Shown here in pieces: positions 53,126-64,000 of a DNA stretch of 64,000 nucleotides (positions are counted from its first letter, which is position 1; the number at the start of each line of letters is the position of its first letter). Both the position numbers and the translations under genes were made by a program. The stretch spans positions 1,679,554 to 1,743,553 of the forward strand of contig CM119266.1 of the NCBI GenBank assembly GCA_051294375.1, in the 5' to 3' direction. The stretch is from Paraspadella gotoi (Eukaryota; Animalia; Chaetognatha). The notes below the pieces were generated by a model, which ran no database searches, was not told the DNA's origin, and saw nothing but the letters and a program-made list of their open reading frames with translations.

Positions 53126-54499
53126 AACTAATTTTTATTTCTTCTTTCACTCCTTCGGCTTTCTTGTGCCCTCCTAAATTCTTTGTACAAGAGCTGTGAG
53201 ATTTTTTAAACTATTCTCTTTTTATTTTAATAATTTTAAAAAGAATTTTGACATTAAAAATCCACCAGCTTTGGGATTCTTCGACGATATATATCCATTC
53301 CCTTCCCCTATCGCCTTTTTATTTGTTCGGTTATCCTCCTTTCAGTTCCCTCCCCTCTGGCTCAGCTCCGAGTTCCCGGCGTCAATCAATCAATCTTTCC
53401 TCGCGAATCATAAGTCTCTATATATCTTTCAATGACTCTTTTTTTCCCCCCGCTTCAGTCGTATTGTCTCTTAGCCTCAAGTTTCGGGCCGAGCGAAAAT
53501 CCGTGCCCGTTTTCTTTCAATACTCATCTCTGATCTCTCCTTTACACCGTATACCGAATCGACTGTATTTCGAATATAGATACTATATCCGTCGCGCCTG
53601 GTTTTATTCTGCCGACATTGCGAGCCCCCTTTCCCCCGCTTTTTTTCGCCTATATATTTTTTGAAAGTTTTTATTTCGTATGTACGTAATTGTTATGTAC
53701 CGTAACCGTTGTTAAGTATATCGTGATCGAGACTCATTTAAAATGGGTTTGATTTTAGTATCGTATAGGATGGAATGAATATCGGAATATCTGAAAAAGA
53801 AACATTTTTATTCTATTTTTAAAGATGTTGATTTATTGAAAGGGCATCCAAATCAAGAAAGGCTTTTTTTTTTTCAAATTATATGATTTATGTCAGACAT
53901 TCAGAGATTCTATTTACGATTTTACTGTTCATTTCGCTGAACGACGAAGAAATGTTTTTAAGTAAAACTAACATAGCATACGGCATGTGCTCTAAGTAGT
54001 ACTTAAGCCACGAAAAGTAGCTTCCCTGCAATTTAACCATTCTCCTTTGTTCTGCAGCATTAATAAACTTTTAAAAACGTTTTTCGCCCCTTTTCCGCTC
54101 AACTTTTTTACGAAAAGAACAAATTATAGGAGTTTTTCCTTTTTAGTTTGTGTGCAGTTGTTACTTCAGTTATAAAACGTTTTTTTTAAAAATGGTTGCC
54201 CATTCCAGTTTTTGATGAAATACTAAATATAATAATGTGGCTTTTGGTTTTGTATCTTTGAAAGAAATTATTACGTTCTATGTTACTACTCATCAGTTAT
54301 AACTTTTAACAGAAAAAGATTGAGGATTAATTTCAAAAAATGTTATATTTTTTATAGTTAGCCGCTGGCAAGCCCGACTCGACTTTAGTCCCCGCAACGG
54401 GGTGGGTTTTAACAATCTCCTCCTCTGATGATAATGTCCCCATCGATCTGTTTTGTGTAAGAAAGGGCGGGAAAGGCGAAAGATTCATTCCTTCGCAAG

Positions 54500-57400
54500 A
54501 TGGAACCATCGACGATGGAACTGGCGTTCGGACTCTCGCTCGCCGACCCTCGCGACGTCACGTGGTTGGAGTCTTTGGAAGCGTGGTCGGACGTCTCGCA
54601 GCAGAGCGTGGTCAACATTGGTTGCGAGATTGAAAGGTGGTAAAGGGTGTGGTGGCCTGATGGTCGTTATTTTTCCGTCTTTGCTTAAATTCAATCATTG
54701 TTTTACTATTTGTTATTCATTCCTTCTCTCTATCCTCAGGTGGAACCGCGTTCGCTTGTCTCTCAACGTTGAGTCTCACGACAAATTCGCGGGATTCCTC
54801 CTTGACGTTTACGCCAGTTGCGCCAAACGGCCGACGACTTCTTAGATTTTGACGTCTCGCTGACGCCGGCACCTCCCGACAAGTCGTCCCGGCGTCGGCG
54901 CCGCTCGCCCTCGCCCGACGATTACAGGGTCGCCGTCAAAAGAGAAATCAAAACGGAGCCGGTGGACGTTGACTTCACGGCGACGCCCACCGGAGGTGAT
55001 GTTCCTGCGTCGAGTGGATTCGCTTACGCCTCTAGAGGGGCGGAACCGGATTTGATTCAAGACGACACCGCGGAGCCAGACTTTGAAATCCGAGTTGCGT
55101 CTATGAGAGATAAAAGCGACGATTGCCAAGATGACGATGTCATCCGGAGAAGTTCTCCGGACGTCGCCGAAGGCGTCGCGGATTCTCCGCCGCCTTCCGA
55201 GTCTGCTTCGAGATCGAATTCGTTTCTCGGGGACATCGTTGCCGGTCAATCTTCCCAAAGCCTAATCAAATCCGTCGAAGCGTCAGATCCTCAAGAAACT
55301 ACGACGATGACGGCGACGACAAAGAACTCTTCGAACACAAAAGGAAGAAAAAAGGCAAAGACGTCCAGGCTTTCTTCCCGCCGCCGCCGACGTCGCCAAT
55401 TAAAGGCTCGATCGCCGCCGCCGTCTCCGATCTCGCCGCAATCCTCAAGCCCGCCGCCGCAGCCTTCGTCCCCGCTGTCGCCAGAGGCCGACCTTGTCGT
55501 CCGACGGCGACCCGGCCGGCCCCGCAGAGGCTCGTCCGCGCAGGCTTCGTTGTCGGCGGAAGCGCCCGTCAGAAAGCGAGCGCCTGGACGCCCTCGTGTT
55601 CGTCCTGAGGCTCAAGTCTCTCGCAAAGAGTTTTGGACGGGAAAGCTTTTGGAACATTTCGCCAAAAGCGAGGACGGCTCAAAGAGGCTCGCCTGCTTTC
55701 GATGCGACGAAAAGGTCAACTTCAGCGTTCCCAGCATGGCCAAGCATCTCCGGTGCAATCACGGTTATTATTTGTGTGAAAGCTGCAAGATTTTAAAAAA
55801 ATATATTTTAACTAAACATCTGTTTAAATATTGAGGGTTAGTTTTACTAATACGTTAATTTAAAAGCCTGTGGCGGTATTTTCACACTGCCTCACATCCA
55901 CCATCCTTTCAGCCAATACCAATACCATCCCAGGTGTTGTGTTCCATTCACAGTCCTAACGACTTCCCTCTGCGTTGGCAAAGCCAGACCGTCCTAGGGT
56001 AACCGCGCCAGTGACTGGAGGCGTCACTGAGGGTCGAAAGCCCCCAAAGCCAACAGTGAGATGCCCCATCCCAATGGGCATCGCAGGCAACCCGGCTGTT
56101 GCCCAAGCCTTTACTTTCAATTATGTTGCGGATTGTGAGATTGAATTTATCAATATCAGTTGCATATTTTCGTGTTTTAATTGAGTTTTAAGATAATTTT
56201 ATTCTATTGCTTTGAAGGTTTGATATTTTTCGTAATGATTATTTATTATTATTAGCCATTTATTAGGATTTATTAGGATTTATTAGGATAACCGCCACCT
56301 CTTAAAATTACTATGATCTACCAAATATCCAGGTCTAGTTCGCAACTATGAGGAAGACACGATCTCGCCCCTTTTTTGCCCCGAAGGGGAATGCTTCGAA
56401 AGAGACGCTTTCTCCTCGGAGGCCGAATACGCGCAGCATCGCCTCGAGCGACACCGAAAATCAGTACCGGCGAAGGAGGACGTCGAAAAGTCGCAGGTTG
56501 GTGGAGTGGTCGAAGAGATGTCATTGTCCGTTTTGAGGACGATAAAGACTAAAGTCATCTGGCCGCAATTTTCTATATTTTTCGTCGCTGCATTCTTTCA
56601 GACCTCGGAACCAACAGTCTGTTTCTTGTGCGGAGCTCTTAACAAAAACAACCCGCTGCACATGAAAAACGTTCATCGCATGGGCCCGATGATGAAAGAG
56701 AGAAATATTCGTTGCCCTGTTCCAGGTTGTGAATGCGATGTTGTGCCGTCGTTCTTGCTCCTATTTTCACGTTCCACTTCTTTTCAGATTGCAACGAAAT
56801 GTTCGTTCGCCAAGGCGGACTAAAAATGCACATGGTAACGCACGACGATTGCGTATGCCCCGTCTCCAGTTGTCGACTCATGTTTAAGAAAAGAAAGTTC
56901 ATGAAGATGCATTACATTAGGTGAGTTTTTCGTCTTCGCTGGATTCATCAGCGGGGACCTCCTTATCTCCCCTCGCGCTAATTTATCCATTCCTCTCCTT
57001 GACCCTTTTTCTTCAAGAATTCACCAGCCCCATTTGATTAAAAGACTCCAATGCCCGTTCTGCGCACATCGATCGATTCAACCAACCCACCTTCGGCGTC
57101 ACGTCAAGGAAGTCCACACGCGGGGAAAGGTTTTTGAATGTCAGGAGCCTGGGTGCTTCCAAGCTTTTAAACGCAGGTGCCATCTCATTCAACACTCGGC
57201 GCTGCACTTGAATAAGAAGCCGTTTGGATGCCGGTGGTGCCACGTCACGGGTAAGCGTCTCATTTCTTATTCGATTGTTATTATTTTAATAATTTTGTAG
57301 CGGATTAATTTAATTTTTAATTTAATTTAATCCCATGCATCCGTTCAATTTCCGTCAGGCGCCCAACAGAACAACATTCGTTCCCACGCTTCGACCGCGC

Positions 57401-57708
57401 ATCGCGAAGAATTTCAGGCGGCGCAACGCAACAAGGAGCGATACTGGGTTCGCGTCGTCACCAACTTTCCACCTCCTTTGAACTCCATCGCCCCGTCCTC
57501 GCCTCTGCCCGGACCCGTATCATCGCCGCCGCCGCCTGCACCCTCAGATTCTCCTCGCCAGACGAGTTCGCCCTCTACACCCCAACCCCCATCGCCTCCC
57601 CCCTCGGCGCAATCTTCTCCGCCACCCGCGCTTACAACGACGCAGCCAATCGACTCAATCCGTCGCCCCGTTGATGAGCGGACGATGCCGTGGCCGAACC
57701 TTCGTTAG
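54500..57708 (+). CDS. C2H2 zinc-finger protein (multi-exon; exon structure partly uncertain)
   Basis: CFRC...MAKHLRCNH, CPFCAHRS...HVKEVH, CQEPGCFQAFKRRCHLIQHSALH, KPFGCRWC; AT-hook-like RRPGRPR. Confidence 0.75.
55869..56105 (+). mobile_element. Solo LTR, family D, with a degenerate twister-like motif (~55974-56054)
   Basis: TG...CA termini (TGTGGCGG...GTTGCCCA); 4-bp TSD AGCC at 55865-55868 and 56106-56109. Motif TAA-CCGC-GC-[CAGTGAC/GTCACTG]-A-GGG-TCGA-AA-GC-CCC closed by GTTGGC/GCCAAC. Confidence 0.7.
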
Positions 57709-58458
57709 AACTCTCCGTTGCCTTATTTTAAGTCGTGGATAGAAAAAAAGGAAGGCTTCATTCCGAGAAGATGATTCGTTCCTTCGTTCGTGTGTTCGCG
57801 TTTAGGCAGTACTAACTCATTAGTAAAGAAAAAAATTAAAATTTTTTTAAAAATGTTGGTGTCCGTAGTTTTAGAAATATTAAGTGTCGCTTTTCTGTAT
57901 CGATTTTTTTTACTACGTACCAATTTCGTCGCTCAACAAAGGTTCCTGCTAATTTTTTTAAATTGCTAAATTGGTTTTAGTTGTGATTTTTTCTTTTTTT
58001 CGAAATTAATTTATTTTTTCCTCCACTTTAAGTCATGGAGTTCATTTTACGTCGATCTGTGACATTGGATAGTGAGGATATCTAATGAGTTTATCATTAT
58101 CTGATCCTTTCCCTATTTCTTCTACATAGTCATTTCCTTCATGAAATTAAGATATAAATTATGGTTTTTAATTTTAAAAATGTCTTATTACTCTAGACTC
58201 GTTTCGGCTACTAAGTCTCCAGTTCGTTGTTTACTACTTTTTTGTTTGTTTGTTTTAGAAACAGAAGTCTCATCAATGATAAAATTGTGAAATTTAAATC
58301 ACCGACAACTAAAAACTTTCGTCTTCGATGACTCGGCTTTGGCTAGACGCGCTTCGAACGCGCTTTCCGCTTTTCCTGCAAAGGCAACTTAATGTTGTGC
58401 CCATTTCTACATCATTGTCATCCACATCCTGGCCGTCATTCAAAGCGTCGTTTTAGCG

Positions 58459-59096
58459 ATGACGTCTACTCCACGACTCGGCGCCGCCTTCTTTTCTCGC
58501 TTCTCGTGCGAGGAACTGGCGGTGGCGCTGCTCGGATGCCGACTGAGGCGCCAACTTCCCGACGGCACGGAGATGTTGGCGGAAATCGTCGAGACCGAAG
58601 GTTTTGAGTTTTTGTTTTTAAATTTTATGTTCTTTTTATCCATTAACTCATCTATTTCTTAAAACTTCAGCCTCTTATTTTTAGTAATCCTTATTTTTCT
58701 CACCCACTCGACCGTGAAAAGCTTACCTCGGCTCGGGCCTCGATCGGGCCTCTCACTCCTACTCTGGCCAGCCCACACCTCGCACCCAAGCCATGTTCAT
58801 GGCTCCGGGCACTCTCTACGTTTACCCAATTTACGGCGTCCACCTCTGCGTCAACGTGTCCAGCGTGGGCGACGGCGCCGCGGTGCTGCTTCGGGCACTC
58901 CGCCCTTTGAAAGGGGCAGAGGAGATGAGGGCGAGAAGGGGGAAGACGACGAGCGCCTCTAATAAGAAGCGAAACCGGGAGATGCTCGACTTGTGCGACG
59001 GCCCGGCCAAAATGTGCCAAGCGATGGACATTACCAGAGATTTTGATCGTAAAGACCTGACCACGCTGGAGGAGTTGTACCTGACGCCAGACGAGG

Positions 59097-59144
<48 letters not shown>

Positions 59145-59422
59145 TCAGCATCGTGCGCAGTCGACGGGTGGGAATCGGCGCCTCCGCGGGCGAAGAGGCC
59201 GTCGAGAGGAGATTGAGATTTTATCGACTTCGAGACGCTGAGTTTGTGAGCAAGAGGGACAAATCGGCGGAGAGGGAGGCCGAGGAGAGAGCGAGGGAGA
59301 ATAAGAAGAGGAAGATGGAGGAAACTAAGGAACAGATGAAGGAGGTAGCGAATAAGGAGGCGCGAAAGCAACCGAAGGAACGAGCGGAGGAGGAAGTTTG
59401 GAGTAAAAAAAGCGGACGGTGA
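58459..59422 (+). CDS. MPG: 3-methyladenine DNA glycosylase (2 exons)
   Basis: LAVALLGCRL...IVETEAYLG..DRASHSY, MFMAPGTLYVYPIYGVHLCVNVSS..GAAVLLRALRP, GPAKMCQA, RVGI; (GGC)n poly-Gly insert. Confidence 0.93.
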
Positions 59423-59768
59423 ATCTGTGATAGCTGAATCTGTTATTGATCATTGTTGCACTTCAAATGCATCTCATGTTACATGCTACACATTCTTTTG
59501 TTGGTATATTTTTTTAGGTACTATTTATTTTTTTATTTTATAGAATTATAAAAGCTACGAATAATAAAGAAGAATTAAGAAAAAACATTATTTACATGAA
59601 ATCGATGTGAAGACTAATTTCGGAATAGAAAAAAAAATTGTCTAATATCCATTGTATAATCTCTGACTGCTAAGAAAAAAAATTTCTCGATTTTGAATAA
59701 ACATCTGTAAACTTTGACGCTTTATCTTCATCCCTTTTCCCCGTCCTCACTGCTTTAACTGCTTTAAC

Positions 59769-60056
59769 ATGTCCGGACCCGAGATGCAAAAGGATTCTCC
59801 CAACTCCGCCGCCACCTCCGGCTGGACGGAGGAGGAAGAGGAGAAGGCCCGCTTGACCCAGCAGGTGCTGGAGCTGCAGAACACTCTGGGCGATCTCTCC
59901 TCGCGGGTGGACAACGTCAAGGAGGAAAACTTTAAGCTCAAGTCGGAGAACCAAGTGTTGGGCCAGTACATCGAAAATCTGATGGCCGCCTCGAGTGTCT
60001 TTCAGTCGACCACCTCCCCCAAAACGAAGAAGATTAGGGGAAAGAGAGAGAAGTAA
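59769..60056 (+). CDS. SCOC: Short coiled-coil protein
   Basis: [56 protein letters not shown]. Confidence 0.93.
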   Translation: MSGPEMQKDSPNSAATSGWTEEEEEKARLTQQVLELQNTLGDLSSRVDNVKEENFKLKSENQVLGQYIENLMAASSVFQSTTSPKTKKIRGKREK

Positions 60057-60978
60057 AATGGGGGGAGTGGGGTTTGGATTTGCGAGAGGGATGTAAAAGG
60101 ATTTTGATTTGTCAAGTGACAAGGGCGAGGGAGAGATGTGAGGTAAAAAGAGGTTCACCGCTGTTGTGGTGCAATTGTGAATTTTATACTTGCAGTGAAA
60201 TAATGGCACACAGAACTGTGGTTTTTGATATCCTTATAGATTCAAATTATAAAAAATTATCCATTCACGTTACTATTATTATGTTGACTGGTGATTATTT
60301 TAATATATGTCTTTCAGTTATAAGTGAGACGCTGTTTATATCTCTGGGCACAGTATTTTGTAGTTTGAGCGCTTCTTGACCGTCGAACGTACAAATAATA
60401 AAACGTCCTTATCTATGCCGCTTTTTCCTGTCTTGCCCTCTTTTTCTCGGTCATTCAATTTCCATTGTTTACGGATAATGTAACATTGTGCTCTACTGGC
60501 TACAGATATTTTAACTAACAGAGTCAGACAAGTTGCCCCAAAAATAACCAACGCTGTTCTGTTTTAATAAAATATTTCGGATAAGATCATTTGTTAATAA
60601 ACAATGTTAAAAAACAGTGTTTTTTTGTTTGTTTGCTCAATGAGTCTACATCGGGCTTTATTGCAATTAAAAGATTATTATTTTTATTGCCTTTGTTCTG
60701 CTTTATTTTACACTCGCGTTCTCGGCTAATTTTCTCGTCTATTCCTTAAATTATTAGAGAAAAAGGCTTCACTTATTTTATTTTGTTCGTTCCAATTATT
60801 TTCCTGAAGTTAATAAATTTACTATAAATATTGTCGTTCAGCTACAGAGAAATATGTACTGAAACATTGGAAGGGCAAAGCCTCGAGCTTTGACGATCGC
60901 GGGTAGGCTCGCCCGGAGGGGGCCAACCACTTTCCCGCCCTCACGTCCGCCCATCCCTCGTCGCCTCCACGCCCGACC

Positions 60979-63231
<2,253 letters not shown>

Positions 63232-64000
63232 GTAAGGAAGGGGAGATGGTGAGGGGTGGACTGGGGGAAGATGGGGGGAGGAAATTGATTGGTAGATAAA
63301 GATAAAGAGCTGCGTCGAAAATTAGTCGTGTTCTGACGGGAGGGACGATGAGGGACATACGACATACGACATATGGTTATGATAACTGTGATAACAAAGG
63401 TTAAGGGCAATAATGAAGGTTGCGAAGAATTGTAATGACTTACGATAAACTAGGAAATAATGATGTAAAGCGATGATGACTGAATTTTACATAATTTCAA
63501 CCGCGACGACGAACCTGCTGCTGCTGCCGCGTCGGCTGCGGCGACGACAACGAAACGCAACGACGCCGCAAGCAGCGGAGTTCATTAGTCTAGATCAAAA
63601 TTTTTTGAATTTTTTTTTTTCATCCGCGCGAAGAATGATCGCGACCCGCGTTCATCAGGCCCCCGCTGCCGTCGCGCTCGTTGGAAAAACGATATGCTAA
63701 TCTCTCGCGCTTTTTACTTTAAACTCTCTTCGTCGCGCATTATGCAAATCGTTTTTCGCTCCTTTTTTTTTTCTTCCGTAAATCACCTGAATTTCCCTTT
63801 CCCCCCCATTCTCCTCTCCTCCACCGCATCTACTTTACGATTTATTATTTACTCCGGTTATGGTTTTCGCTTCTCGCTTCTCGTATCCCCCTGTCCACTG
63901 GACAGTGTCCAGTGTCCACCCCTCTCCGCTTCCGATGTTCTTTAATATCTGCGTTGCTTTCGAGAGGAGACGGTGGGGGGCGGGGTGAAGGGCGGAATGA

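Overview
Eukaryotic (invertebrate animal) genomic DNA with GC-rich exons and AT-rich introns; the exact taxon cannot be determined from the sequence. 1-22 kb is a dispersed replication-dependent histone cluster: H2A/H2B, H4/H3, H4, H1, H4/pseudo-H3 and H2B/H2A, each with a 3' stem-loop. It is interrupted by a GABARAPL2/ATG8-like gene lacking the C-terminal Gly and by a SAP30BP coding sequence sitting inside an H4 promoter/3'-end cassette. 23-64 kb is gene-dense: PPP2R1A, ZMAT5, GNL3, a DED caspase-8-like gene, GLYR1, FUT8, a septin, a p120/delta-catenin-like gene, a C2H2 zinc finger gene, MPG, SCOC and ANKRD54. Main discovery: a 647-bp non-autonomous LTR element at 14245-14891 (234-bp LTRs, Trp-type PBS, PPT, 4-bp TSD). 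Each LTR carries a tRNA-like Pol III module followed by a circularly permuted (type-P5) twister-ribozyme motif, which makes it a candidate animal 'twister LTR-retrozyme'. The window also holds solo LTRs of this family and three further sequence-divergent families with the same fold and compensatory base changes. Ribozyme activity is inferred, not shown. Several frameshifts in the first ~7 kb may be sequencing errors.
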